In this document: positions 9,512 through 17,833 of the stretch, in pieces
Layout of the letters: each line of letters starts with the position of its first letter
How positions within the stretch are numbered: position 1 is the first letter of the stretch
Assembly (NCBI GenBank): GCA_009619095.1
Contig: WJOT01000078.1
Span: 6,232 to 70,231, forward strand
Source of the DNA: Clostridia bacterium
Lineage (GTDB): Bacteria > UBA6262 > WVXT01
DNA length: 64,000 bases
Direction: 5' to 3'
The notes under the pieces: model-generated
What the model saw: the letters and a program-made list of their open reading frames with translations, nothing else
The model's database searches: none
What the model was told of the DNA's origin: nothing
Made by a program: the position numbers and the translations under genes

Positions 9512-10363
9512 TTACATCCCCGATACCATTTTCTCAAGTTTTTCTTTCTCACCTGGTTCCATTCTATATGTGTGTTTCTCTTCGGGAAACTTCTTTTCCT
9601 TTATATCCTGTATATATTTCCTGAATGCCTCTGTAATATCGTCACTCAAAGAAGCGTATTTTTTCACAAATTTAGGAGTAAATGCTTCAAACAATCCCAA
9701 CATATCACCAACAATCAGCAGTTGACCATCGCAATCAATTCCTGCGCCAATACTTAAAACAGGTATTTGACTTCTTTCGGTGATAATCTTCCCTACTTCT
9801 GGCGGTATAGCCTCAAGCAAAATAGCAAAAGCACCTGCTTCTTCAATCGCTTTTGCATCCAAAATTAACTCCATGGCAGTTTGAGCAGTTCTACCCTGAG
9901 CTTTGAATCCTCCTAACTGACCTGAACTTTGAGGAGTCAATCCAATATGACCCATTACTACCATTCCTGCATTTACAATCCCTTTAATTCGATTGATTAC
10001 TCTCCTTCCACCTTCAAGTTTGATAGCATCCGCACCTGCTTCTTTATAGAATCTTCCGGCATTATATATTGCCTTCTCTACAGATTCCTGATAAGACATA
10101 AATGGCATATCGCCAATAACGAAAATATTGGGAGCTCCCCGGCGCACAGCTTCCGAATGAACAATCATCTGCTCCATTGTTACTGGTATGGTACCTTCAT
10201 ATCCATAAACAACCATACCCAGCGAATCGCCAACCAGAAGCATATCCAAACCGGCTTTTTCCGCAAAAGTAGCAGTAGGATAATCATAACATGTGAGAAA
10301 CGTAATCTTTTCCCTGTCTTTTTTCATCTTCAAGAAATCAAGCACGTTCTTTTTCTTATCCAT
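9512..10363 (-). CDS. panB: 3-methyl-2-oxobutanoate hydroxymethyltransferase
   Basis: KITFLTCYDYPTATFAEKAGLDMLLVGDSLGMVVYGYEGTIPVTMEQMIVHSEAVRRGAPNIFVIGDMPFMSY matches the PanB core. Confidence 0.85.
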   Translation of the reverse strand: MDKKKNVLDFLKMKKDREKITFLTCYDYPTATFAEKAGLDMLLVGDSLGMVVYGYEGTIPVTMEQMIVHSEAVRRGAPNIFVIGDMPFMSYQESVEKAIYNAGRFYKEAGADAIKLEGGRRVINRIKGIVNAGMVVMGHIGLTPQSSGQLGGFKAQGRTAQTAMELILDAKAIEEAGAFAILLEAIPPEVGKIITERSQIPVLSIGAGIDCDGQLLIVGDMLGLFEAFTPKFVKKYASLSDDITEAFRKYIQDIKEKKFPEEKHTYRMEPGEKEKLEKMVSGM

Positions 10364-10439
10364 TTTACTGTCTCCTTATTCTCGAATATTGCCAAATGTA
10401 GAGGCTCCGATAAATCGGAGTCCGTTACAAATCGGGTCG

Positions 10440-10503
10440 TAAAAAAATGACTCTGACCTTTTTTTACTTCTTTCACGTAATTAAGTATTGTGTCCCCGGA
10501 ATT
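10440..10503. repeat. 55-bp miniature repeat (R55), copy 1: TAAAAAAATGACTCTG..CCTTTTTTT..TCACGTAATTAAGTATTGTGTCCCCGGAATT
   Basis: Near-identical copies at 12025-12081, 16134-16191 and 18294-18351. Confidence 0.7.
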
Positions 10504-10529
10504 CTTTTTTATTCATATTGATTTTCAAG

Positions 10530-10936
10530 TTAAAGATCATTTTCATTTTTCATATAACTCATTCTGTCTGTTTGTCCATCGTCATACAATATTTTTATTT
10601 CTTCATTATCAAGATCTATCTCACCCTTGACAACTGTTCGCTTCTCATCAATAATAGTATTAAATATTTCATTTTCGAATTGAGCCTCTCCCCGATCATT
10701 ATAAGTAATTTTCCCAGTATACAAAACCACATGTTCTATCCGATCAAGGAATCCATCCCAGACTACTTTTACTAATTTAAGTTCTCCCTCACTCGTTCTT
10801 TTAGTATTAAGTACAGCTATTGTATCGGGAGGGGATTCGATTGAAAAGTCAGTAATGAAGTGAATTAAAAATATATCTACAATTAGAAATATTACAAATG
10901 TTAAAATACAAACATAAAGTAATTTTTTTTAAGCAT
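10530..10936 (-). pseudogene. Small membrane protein gene interrupted by a frameshift at an A8 homopolymer (plus-strand T8 at 10923-10930)
   Basis: ATG at 10936 (MLKK...) falls out of frame at the A8 run. With 9 A the reading continues as MLKKKLLYVCILTFVIFLIVDIFLIHF... into the 66-aa ORF 10530-10730. Confidence 0.35.
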
Positions 10937-10957
10937 TATATTATTATTTAATCTAAC

Positions 10958-11030
10958 GTTTGAGCTCAGCTGCCAAAAAGCGTAGCTTTTTGGTCAGCTG
11001 CAGCGCCTTGTTAGATTTCATTTATTTTCA
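10958..11030 (-). terminator. Long imperfect hairpin downstream of gene 11035-11850 (CAGCTGCCAAAAAGC-GTAGC-TTTTTGGTCAGCTG)
   Basis: Inverted repeat directly 3' of the stop on the minus strand. Confidence 0.35.
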
Positions 11031-11034
11031 CATA

Positions 11035-11850
11035 CTACATCATATCTGCCATTGCTTTGTTAATCTCTATTACAATATCATTTTTGAAAATAATTTCTAC
11101 ACCATAACAAAGATGCTGGCCTGGTTTTGGGGCAGGGCCATCCGTATAATCATAATCCCATAAATTATTTTCTTTTTTGTGAGGGTTTCCCAGCAAAGCT
11201 AAAACCTCATATTTATTCATTCCTTTTTTAATAGAATGTACCTTTTTATTGAATTCAATAAAATCCATTTTTATTCCTTCCTTCAAAATTAACTCAACTT
11301 CGTTAGATTCTATGGAAAATAATTGATCTTTTTTAAACTCCATATCTTTACTTAATTTTGAAGATTCTTCTACAAATAAATCACTCATTATTCTGAATCT
11401 GTATGTGCCTGGTAATAAATCATATTCGTGATAATATAAACCTTTAGTCCATGATGTCCTAAATTTATTATTTTTATATGCAATATTCAGTAACTTTAAC
11501 TGATAATTCTGATTTGGTTGCAGCAAAACAGCAACCGCTGAAATAGGCTTTTTAAAGTCTCTTGGTACTTTTCTTGCAATTGTTCTAGTTGGATTTATTC
11601 TATTATGATTTTCATCAAATATAAATAGATCAAATGGTTTGTCGATACCTAAATAAACAGCAACTAATTTATTTTTCATATTTATTAAATTAATGGATAT
11701 CCCGGAATTATTTATTGGTGATAATTCTATTTTAATTGGTATTTTTTGTCCCATTGAATTTATCTCCTTGTCATTATTATTATTTGTACAATTTGATACA
11801 AAAAACAAAAAAAGAAATGTTAAAAATAGATATTTATTGAAATATTTCAT
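11035..11850 (-). CDS. Lipoprotein, extremely AT-rich, with a C-terminal BamE/SmpA_OmlA-like domain
   Basis: Signal MKYFNKYLFLTFLFLFFVSNC. The C-terminus GMNKYEVLALLGNPHKKENNLWDYDY matches the BamE motif GMTKxQVxxLLGxP....W.Y. Confidence 0.5.
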   Translation of the reverse strand: MKYFNKYLFLTFLFLFFVSNCTNNNNDKEINSMGQKIPIKIELSPINNSGISINLINMKNKLVAVYLGIDKPFDLFIFDENHNRINPTRTIARKVPRDFKKPISAVAVLLQPNQNYQLKLLNIAYKNNKFRTSWTKGLYYHEYDLLPGTYRFRIMSDLFVEESSKLSKDMEFKKDQLFSIESNEVELILKEGIKMDFIEFNKKVHSIKKGMNKYEVLALLGNPHKKENNLWDYDYTDGPAPKPGQHLCYGVEIIFKNDIVIEINKAMADMM

Positions 11851-11879
11851 TACATTTTTAATCTAACGCCGACATCTTC

Positions 11880-12024
11880 GGTTCTCCCCTATCCTCCCAG
11901 AACCTCAGAGCCGGCCCGCTCACTGCCGCTGTCCCTCGGACCCGGGGCGCTCACCATCTCGCGCCCATCGCTACCACGGAGCTCCTTATTCGTCGCTCCA
12001 GCGACCCTCCTGTGTATCAAACGG
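11880..12024 (-). other. GC-rich conserved about 145-nt element, copy 1, in the 5' leader of gene 11035-11850
   Basis: About 85% identical to 12740-12887 and far GC-richer than flanking DNA. Contains conserved hairpins GGGCG-N12-CGCCC and GTCGC-TCCA-GCGAC. Confidence 0.5.
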
Positions 12025-12081
12025 TAAAAAAATGACTCTGCCCCTTTTTTTCACGTAATTAAGTATTGTGTCCCCGGAATT
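12025..12081. repeat. R55 miniature repeat, copy 2
   Basis: See 10440-10503. Confidence 0.7.
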
Positions 12082-12090
12082 CTTCCCCCG

Positions 12091-12669
12091 CTATTTCAAT
12101 CCGCTTGATTGACTTGTTAGATTTTTAATATTTGCACTCGCATCAACTTTTCTTGCAAGATGGACATAAAAATAGATAGCTTTTTGTGGAGAATAAAGAA
12201 ACCATCTATCAATCGTTGCATACTCAATAATTTGATCTGATCCAGATAAATATATAGGAAAATTATCATTTCTGAAAAGGCATACTAAATTACTTTTTTC
12301 CTCATCCAATAATCTCTGATCTGATTTGTTTATCCCCTTACTGAACAATAGCCATAATTTAATCTTTCCTGCATCAATAGCTTTATAATTATCTTGATTT
12401 TTTAATTTGATCTCTTCATGCGATTCAAATCTTATCCAATTAATACTAATATCACCTTCAGGATGTTTTAGATATTCTCCACTCCCATATATATTTTTAA
12501 CCTTTTCAATTGGTGTTTCTATACCCCATTGATAAACTCCATTGTATGTTTGAGCGATTTTTGGCGAAAAAGGTTGCCAAACATATTTTAGCAAAACAAT
12601 TATTAATACAATAACTAAAATAAGTAAAATTAAAATAAATTTAAATATTTTTGAGAATATTATTTTCAT
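12091..12669 (-). CDS. Hypothetical membrane-anchored protein, extremely AT-rich
   Basis: N-terminal TM helix MKIIFSKIFKFILILLILVIVLIIVLL. No recognisable domain. Confidence 0.45.
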   Translation of the reverse strand: MKIIFSKIFKFILILLILVIVLIIVLLKYVWQPFSPKIAQTYNGVYQWGIETPIEKVKNIYGSGEYLKHPEGDISINWIRFESHEEIKLKNQDNYKAIDAGKIKLWLLFSKGINKSDQRLLDEEKSNLVCLFRNDNFPIYLSGSDQIIEYATIDRWFLYSPQKAIYFYVHLARKVDASANIKNLTSQSSGLK

Positions 12670-12739
12670 TTATTTTAAATCTAACAATTAATAGACGAAC
12701 TTTTGGTTTGTATTAATTTTTTTCTAAAATTTAGGATTC

Positions 12740-12887
12740 CTCTTCGGACTTACCCTTCTCTCCCCTGTCCTCAGGGCCGGCCCGCTCACTGCCGCTGTCC
12801 TTCGAACCCGGGGCGTTCACCGTCTCGCGCCCGTCGCTACCCGGAGCTCCTTATTCGTCGCTCCAGCGACCCCTCCTGTGAATCATT
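12740..12887 (-). other. GC-rich conserved element, copy 2, immediately 3' of tRNA-Ser(GGA) and in the 5' leader of gene 12091-12669
   Basis: See 11880-12024. Confidence 0.5.
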
Positions 12888-12974
12888 CGGAGAGGGTGGG
12901 ATTCGAACCCACGGAACGGTTTCCCGTTCATACGCTTTCCAGGCGTACTCCTTCGTCCACTCGGACACCTCTCC
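12888..12974 (-). tRNA. tRNA-Ser (anticodon GGA), type II with a long variable arm
   Basis: GGAGAGG-TG-...anticodon loop CTGGAAA...long variable arm...GGGTTCGAATCCC-CCTCTCC-G. G73 discriminator. CCA is not encoded. Confidence 0.8.
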
Positions 12975-12988
12975 AGCAAACTACCATG

Positions 12989-13672
12989 TTATTCCTCTTC
13001 TTCAGTATTTATGGTAAGGTTCACAACTGTCGATTTAGGGACATTCTTTCCCGGCCTGGGATTCTGCCGCAAAATGATATCGAATAATTTCTCTATATCG
13101 CATACATAGTCTATCCGACCTACTCTCAAGCCTGCCCTCTCTAAAATCTCCTTTGCTTGTCCCAACCTTCTGCCAAGAACGAGGTCTATTATTGTCCCTT
13201 CTTTCACTATGGAATCGGGAGAAGGAAAGGTGGAAATTATGGAACCCTTGGCAACAGAAACGGAAGATCGCTCGGTTATGCTACCTATTTTAAGCCTCAT
13301 CTCCGCTAATATCCTGCGTGCCTCCTCCAGGGGAACCGAAGAGAAATTGGGAAGGGCTATTCCTCCCTTACCCTTACTGAGCACAACGCTTATGGGTGTG
13401 CCTTTTTTAACCAGAGAGCCTGGAAGAGGGCTCTGATTGATAATTGAGCCTTCGGGAATAGAAGGGTCTTCTGTTTCCGACTCCACAAGCAAGAAGAGAC
13501 TTCTATTTTCCATAATAAGTCTACCCTGGTCAATGGTTGCCCTTCTTACATCCGGGACTTCCACTCTCTCCAGAAATGGAATCCCGTAAACAAAGAAAAG
13601 AAAACAGACCGCTGCCGAAACAAAAATAGAAGTAAAAAATGGTATGAAGAAAATTTTTGCGCCGCCTCTCAT
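12989..13672 (-). CDS. PASTA-domain membrane protein (three PASTA repeats)
   Basis: N-terminal TM followed by three about 65-aa repeats of the form G..V.LVL. Confidence 0.6.
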   Translation of the reverse strand: MRGGAKIFFIPFFTSIFVSAAVCFLFFVYGIPFLERVEVPDVRRATIDQGRLIMENRSLFLLVESETEDPSIPEGSIINQSPLPGSLVKKGTPISVVLSKGKGGIALPNFSSVPLEEARRILAEMRLKIGSITERSSVSVAKGSIISTFPSPDSIVKEGTIIDLVLGRRLGQAKEILERAGLRVGRIDYVCDIEKLFDIILRQNPRPGKNVPKSTVVNLTINTEEEE

Positions 13673-13673
13673 T

Positions 13674-15665
13674 CTATTCCTCCTTCTTCTTGAGGATGAT
13701 TATCTCCACCCGTCTATTCAGGTCCCTTCCCCTCACAGTCCTATTTGAGGCAATTGGACTCCCTTCTCCCCAGCCTTTTACACTGAGCCGAGCGGGGTCG
13801 ATTTCTCCTGTTTCTACCAGATAGTCATAGACTGCTTTAGCCCGCATCTTCGATAATTTCTGGTTATAGGCGCTGCTTCCCACGCTATCGGTATGTCCCT
13901 CAATAGAGACCTTATTGAGAGGGTACTCTTTGAGCACTCTTATCGCCTGCTGTATAGCAACGTAACCATCTTCACGAAGAACAGATTTACCTATGCCGAA
14001 AAGGACCTTTACCGAGAAAGTAATCTTTAATCCTCGCTCCTCTTTTTCTACTTTTATCCCTTTCCCAAGTTTGGGTAATGGCATTTCCACCTTCAATTTT
14101 TTAGAAGAAGAGGTTCCCTTATTCCAGGCAACGTCATAGACGACTAATTTTACCCTATATTCCCCAGCAGGAACAGTTGCCTTGTAGTAATCGTCTTTAC
14201 CATCCCAGACAATAGATTGGGGAAGTGGCTCTTCGGCCTTAAAAGTTTTCGCCAGCTTCCCCTGTCTATTGTATATCTCAACCATCCAGCTTCTTATCTC
14301 GTTGGCATCTTGCGCTTTAAGCTGGAGAGTCACTGTATCATCTATGCCATCGCCATTGGGAGAAAATGCTCTTGTAGTAATAATAATCTCAGCCCTGGGT
14401 AAAGTATTGTCAACTAAAGTCGGTGTCCATTCAGACTTTGCAGGCAATCTCCCCCACTCTTTTGTCTCTATCTGACAAGTATATAGTCCATCAGGAACCA
14501 GATTGCCTTCTGCATCAGTTCCATCCCAAGCGATAGAGATAGGTAAAATCTCCCCGGACTTTCTTAATACAATCGCACCGTCTTTATCTTTGATTCGAAA
14601 TTTCCACTTTTCTACTTTCTCTAAATTCTCACCCGCTATTACCAGGTCAGTGACATCGTCCATTCCATCATTATTGGGAGAGAAAACCCCGGGATCAGCC
14701 TGTAATATAAGCTTTACCGTGGGGAGTCTTCCTGCCTTACCAAATCTGTATCCCAAAGAGACCATATGAGTTGTTCCCAGAGAAGCATACGGCGCCCACG
14801 CATAATTCGTTAGAAGTCCCCTCCAACGTAAGCCTGCGCCCACTCTCAACCCGGCTAAATTGCTTAGCCCTGTCTTTTGTAAGTCATACTTATATCCTGC
14901 TCTAACTGCAAAAGTCTCCAACAAAACATGCTCAATCCCTAACGAGAAATTAAAATCTCCCTCTATAGGTTTATTTGCATCGAGGGCAATTGAAAGGTCG
15001 ACTCTCTCCTGGGAAAATTTAATCTTACAAGCTAAACCAGCTTTGATATTTATAGGCAGCTTCTCCCCCCTCATCTTTGTCCCCAGGTTCTGCCCCACCA
15101 ATCCAAAGGAAAATGTACGGTTAGGAGTGGAAAGCATAATTCCCACATCAGAGGAAAAAGCAGAAGCTTTATTTCGGTCGATTCTACTCTCTAATCCCAT
15201 TAAGTTAAAGCCGAAACAGAAGGACTTTGACACGGGGAGACCATAAGCCAAACCTCCATAAATATCGTATACATTAAACTTGCCCTGGGGCGCGTCGCGG
15301 CTTATTTTGTCCATTCTGCCCATATGGAGATAAGAGACATTAATCCCCAGAGTTCCCAAAGATATAGGGTGGATGTAACCCAAAAATTCATGGCTTATAT
15401 TGCCCAGCCAGAAATTGTGCATTGTCTCTAATTCTGGATTAAAAACGAAAGCCAATCCTGCCGGGTTGCAGCGTATTGCGCTCACATCATCAGCTAAAGC
15501 GCAGAATGCTTCTCCCATTCCCATAGCCCGGGTGCCAATGTTCATTTTCAAGAAGTTCCCTGTGGTAGTGCCTACACCTGATGAGGAGAAAACTGAATTT
15601 GGAAAATATGCTATGAAAAGAAGAATAATTAAGAAAACAACGCCAGAACCGAATAACTTCTTCAT
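13674..15665 (-). CDS. Outer-membrane protein with an N-terminal FadL/PorV-like beta-barrel, two FSPNGDG Ig-like repeats and a C-terminal OmpA peptidoglycan-binding domain
   Basis: Signal peptide, then GTRAMGMGEAFCALADDVSAIRCNPAGLA (FadL/PorV-type N-terminus). FSPNNDGMDDVTDL and FSPNGDGIDDTVTL repeats follow. C-terminus EGHTDSVGSSAYNQKLSKMRAKAV...NRRVEI is an OmpA_C domain. Confidence 0.65.
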   Translation of the reverse strand: MKKLFGSGVVFLIILLFIAYFPNSVFSSSGVGTTTGNFLKMNIGTRAMGMGEAFCALADDVSAIRCNPAGLAFVFNPELETMHNFWLGNISHEFLGYIHPISLGTLGINVSYLHMGRMDKISRDAPQGKFNVYDIYGGLAYGLPVSKSFCFGFNLMGLESRIDRNKASAFSSDVGIMLSTPNRTFSFGLVGQNLGTKMRGEKLPINIKAGLACKIKFSQERVDLSIALDANKPIEGDFNFSLGIEHVLLETFAVRAGYKYDLQKTGLSNLAGLRVGAGLRWRGLLTNYAWAPYASLGTTHMVSLGYRFGKAGRLPTVKLILQADPGVFSPNNDGMDDVTDLVIAGENLEKVEKWKFRIKDKDGAIVLRKSGEILPISIAWDGTDAEGNLVPDGLYTCQIETKEWGRLPAKSEWTPTLVDNTLPRAEIIITTRAFSPNGDGIDDTVTLQLKAQDANEIRSWMVEIYNRQGKLAKTFKAEEPLPQSIVWDGKDDYYKATVPAGEYRVKLVVYDVAWNKGTSSSKKLKVEMPLPKLGKGIKVEKEERGLKITFSVKVLFGIGKSVLREDGYVAIQQAIRVLKEYPLNKVSIEGHTDSVGSSAYNQKLSKMRAKAVYDYLVETGEIDPARLSVKGWGEGSPIASNRTVRGRDLNRRVEIIILKKKEE

Positions 15666-15673
15666 ACCACCTC

Positions 15674-16045
15674 CTACTTTAGAACGACGACCTTTACGGT
15701 CTTCGAAGATTTATCGATTTTGAGATTGACCAGGTATACTCCGTTTCCCACAACCTCGCCCTTATCATTCTTCCCATACCATTTTATAGTATCTTTCTTT
15801 TTTGTACTGTCTTCTTCCAATGTCTTTACAAGTTCTCCATTGATTGAATAGATTCTAATAGTTGCTCCTTCTTCTTTTACTTCATAGCGTATCTCGGTAT
15901 ACTGATCTTGAGCGTCTGAGGCTTCTGGATTGAACGGGTTATTCCATTCAATTCTTAGAACAATCCCATTGCCTGCTCCCAAAGGAAAAGCAAGAAGAGT
16001 AACTACCAATAGAGTGCAAAAAATGACTTTACCCAAATTTCCCAT
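15674..16045 (-). CDS. Small secreted protein consisting essentially of a T9SS type-A C-terminal sorting domain (FlgD-Ig-like)
   Basis: Signal peptide followed by WNNPFNPE...IRIYSINGELVKTL...WYGKNDKGEVVGNGVYLVNLKI, the Por-secretion CTD pattern. Stop is 9 nt upstream of the OMP gene start. Confidence 0.6.
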   Translation of the reverse strand: MGNLGKVIFCTLLVVTLLAFPLGAGNGIVLRIEWNNPFNPEASDAQDQYTEIRYEVKEEGATIRIYSINGELVKTLEEDSTKKKDTIKWYGKNDKGEVVGNGVYLVNLKIDKSSKTVKVVVLK

Positions 16046-16133
16046 TTTTTCTCACCAACCTTTCTCAAATTTCGCATTTCTGTTACGCAAAGCGGAACAC
16101 CGGGGCGCTCAAGCGTCTTTTGCCCGTCGCTAG

Positions 16134-16191
16134 TAAAAAAATGACTCTGATCCCTTTTTTTCACATAATTAAGTATTGTGTCCCCGGAATT
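16134..16191. repeat. R55 miniature repeat, copy 3, inserted between tRNA-Ser(CGA) and a remnant of the GC-rich element
   Basis: See 10440-10503. The flanking 16085-16133 is homologous to part of the GC-rich elements. Confidence 0.7.
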
Positions 16192-16199
16192 AAATCAAA

Positions 16200-16286
16200 C
16201 GGAGAGAGGAGGATTCGAACCTCCGATCCCGAAATCGGGATAGCGGTTTTCGAGACCGCCCCGTTCAACCACTCCGGCATCTCTCC
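16200..16286 (-). tRNA. tRNA-Ser (anticodon CGA), type II
   Basis: GGAGAGA-TG-CCGGAGTGGTTGAACGG...anticodon loop CTCGAAA...variable arm ATCCCGATTTCGGGAT...GGAGGTTCGAATCCTCC-TCTCTCC-G. Confidence 0.8.
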
Positions 16287-16292
16287 ATAGAA

Positions 16293-16739
16293 CTATTTGC
16301 CCTTAAAAAATTCGAAATGACTTTTAATTTCTGGATGGGCTTCCAAATAGTAAATCTCAAATACTCTAAACGGCACAAAGAGTATAATTCCGAGCATAAT
16401 CCCGATTGCCAACTTCCCTATCTCCCAGCGCGTAATCATAAGATAGATAATATAGAGAGTTGTCAGAATCATTATCGAGTGGCTTATCTGGGCAGGCATC
16501 GTCCTGGAAGACCAATCGAAAATAAAAAATCCCCCTGCTCCATAGAATAGAAGGAAAGGGATGGAAATATTCATTAATATTTTCTTCCCAAAAATCAGAG
16601 CAAATACTACAAACATCTGGATGAGAGAAGGAATATCCGTCATAACCCAGGAAATGAAATTGTATTTAAGAAAATAGAGGAATATAAACCCCGTCCATGC
16701 AACACATATCCCATTTGCAAAAATTAAAAAAAATTTCAC
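16293..16739 (-). CDS. Hypothetical integral membrane protein (4 TM)
   Basis: 148 aa, strongly hydrophobic. Flanked by tRNA genes. Confidence 0.45.
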   Translation of the reverse strand: MKFFLIFANGICVAWTGFIFLYFLKYNFISWVMTDIPSLIQMFVVFALIFGKKILMNISIPFLLFYGAGGFFIFDWSSRTMPAQISHSIMILTTLYIIYLMITRWEIGKLAIGIMLGIILFVPFRVFEIYYLEAHPEIKSHFEFFKGK

Positions 16740-16760
16740 TCCTGATCCCTATAAATTTAA

Positions 16761-16832
16761 AGGGCTCAGAGGGAATCGAACCCTCACACCAGGGTCCGCA
16801 ACCCTGTGCTCTATCCGTTGAGCTATGAGCCC
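16761..16832 (-). tRNA. tRNA-Arg (anticodon GCG)
   Basis: GGGCTCA-TA-GCTC-AACGGATA-GAGC-A-CAGGG-TTGCGGA-CCCTG-GTGT-GAGGG-TTCGATT-CCCTC-TGAGCCC-T. Confidence 0.7.
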
Positions 16833-16856
16833 ATGACTTTACGCTCTGCCACTTTG

Positions 16857-16901
16857 GGCGACCACCCCGATACATCGGGATAAACTGCGTGTCGCCCCTA
16901 C
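16857..16901. repeat. Nested-hairpin element GGGCGACCACCCCGATACATCGGGATAAACTGCGTGTCGCCCCTAC (module Z of the CCGAT repeat family)
   Basis: Also present at 19017-19061 (duplicate copy) and 40991-41036. Confidence 0.55.
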
Positions 16902-16932
16902 ATTAACACGGAACTATTGCTCTGCTACTCCT

Positions 16933-17298
16933 TTATTTATTTAACATTTCTTCTATTTTATCTAAAAGGACCTTCTTTCCGAATGGTTTGCTTATGAAAT
17001 AGCTCGGGCCTTCTGGCTTTAAGGTCTCGTATAACTCTCTGTCTTTAACTAAACCCGAATTGAAGATTACTGGCAGATTGAGAAATTCAGGCTTCTCCCT
17101 TAACCTTTTAATACTCTTATAGCCGCTCTGCCCGGGCATAATCACATCACAGATGATTAAGTCAGGTCTCTCTTTTTTGACTTTTTCTATCAAATCCAGC
17201 CCATCTCTAGCCAGGATTACTAGATATTTATCTTTGAGTAAACTTCCCAGTAACTCTCTCACATCCTCTTCATCATCTGCTACAACAATCTTTTTCAT
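16933..17298 (-). pseudogene. Truncated copy of the response-regulator gene (second REC domain only), created by the tandem duplication
   Basis: Identical to the C-terminal 121 aa of 19093-19911. It begins at an internal Met. Confidence 0.45.
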
Positions 17299-17825
17299 TG
17301 TGGCTGTAGCCTCAAAAAAGCAGAAGCTTTATTTCGGTCGATTCTACTCTCTAATCCCATTAAGTTAAAGCCGAAACAGAAGGACTTTGACACGGGGAGA
17401 CCATAAGCCAAACCTCCATAAATATCGTATACATTAAACTTGCCCTGGGGCGCGTCGCGGCTTATTTTGTCCATTCTGCCCATATGGAGATAAGAGACAT
17501 TAATCCCCAGAGTTCCCAAAGATATAGGGTGGATGTAACCCAAAAATTCATGGCTTATATTGCCCAGCCAGAAATTGTGCATTGTCTCTAATTCTGGATT
17601 AAAAACGAAAGCCAATCCTGCCGGGTTGCAGCGTATTGCGCTCACATCATCAGCTAAAGCGCAGAATGCTTCTCCCATTCCCATAGCCCGGGTGCCAATG
17701 TTCATTTTCAAGAAGTTCCCTGTGGTAGTGCCTACACCTGATGAGGAGAAAACTGAATTTGGAAAATATGCTATGAAAAGAAGAATAATTAAGAAAACAA
17801 CGCCAGAACCGAATAACTTCTTCAT
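17295..17825 (-). pseudogene. Truncated N-terminal (170 aa) copy of the FadL/PorV-like-OmpA OMP gene, created by the tandem duplication
   Basis: Identical to the N-terminus of 13674-15665. It diverges at the duplication junction (17314/17315) and terminates after 6 codons. Confidence 0.5.
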
Positions 17826-17833
17826 ACCACCTC

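Larger units (their letters stand above)
15155..17314. repeat. 2160-bp tandem duplication, copy A
   Basis: Spot-checked lines and all ORF translations are identical at a +2160 offset. Confidence 0.9.

Noticed and set aside
11880-12887. GC-rich about 150-nt elements, considered as tmRNA, RNase P RNA, SRP RNA or 5S rRNA
   Set aside because: None of the hallmark motifs is present. Missing are the tmRNA tRNA-like ends and tag ORF, the RNase P P4 GGAAAGUCCGG, and the SRP domain IV GGAAGCAGCC; there is also no 5S similarity. They are left as unclassified conserved elements.
12703-13017. 104-aa plus-strand ORF rich in Pro/Arg/Ser
   Set aside because: It runs straight through the GC-rich element and the tRNA-Ser(GGA) gene. 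Its composition reflects GC-rich non-coding DNA, not a protein.
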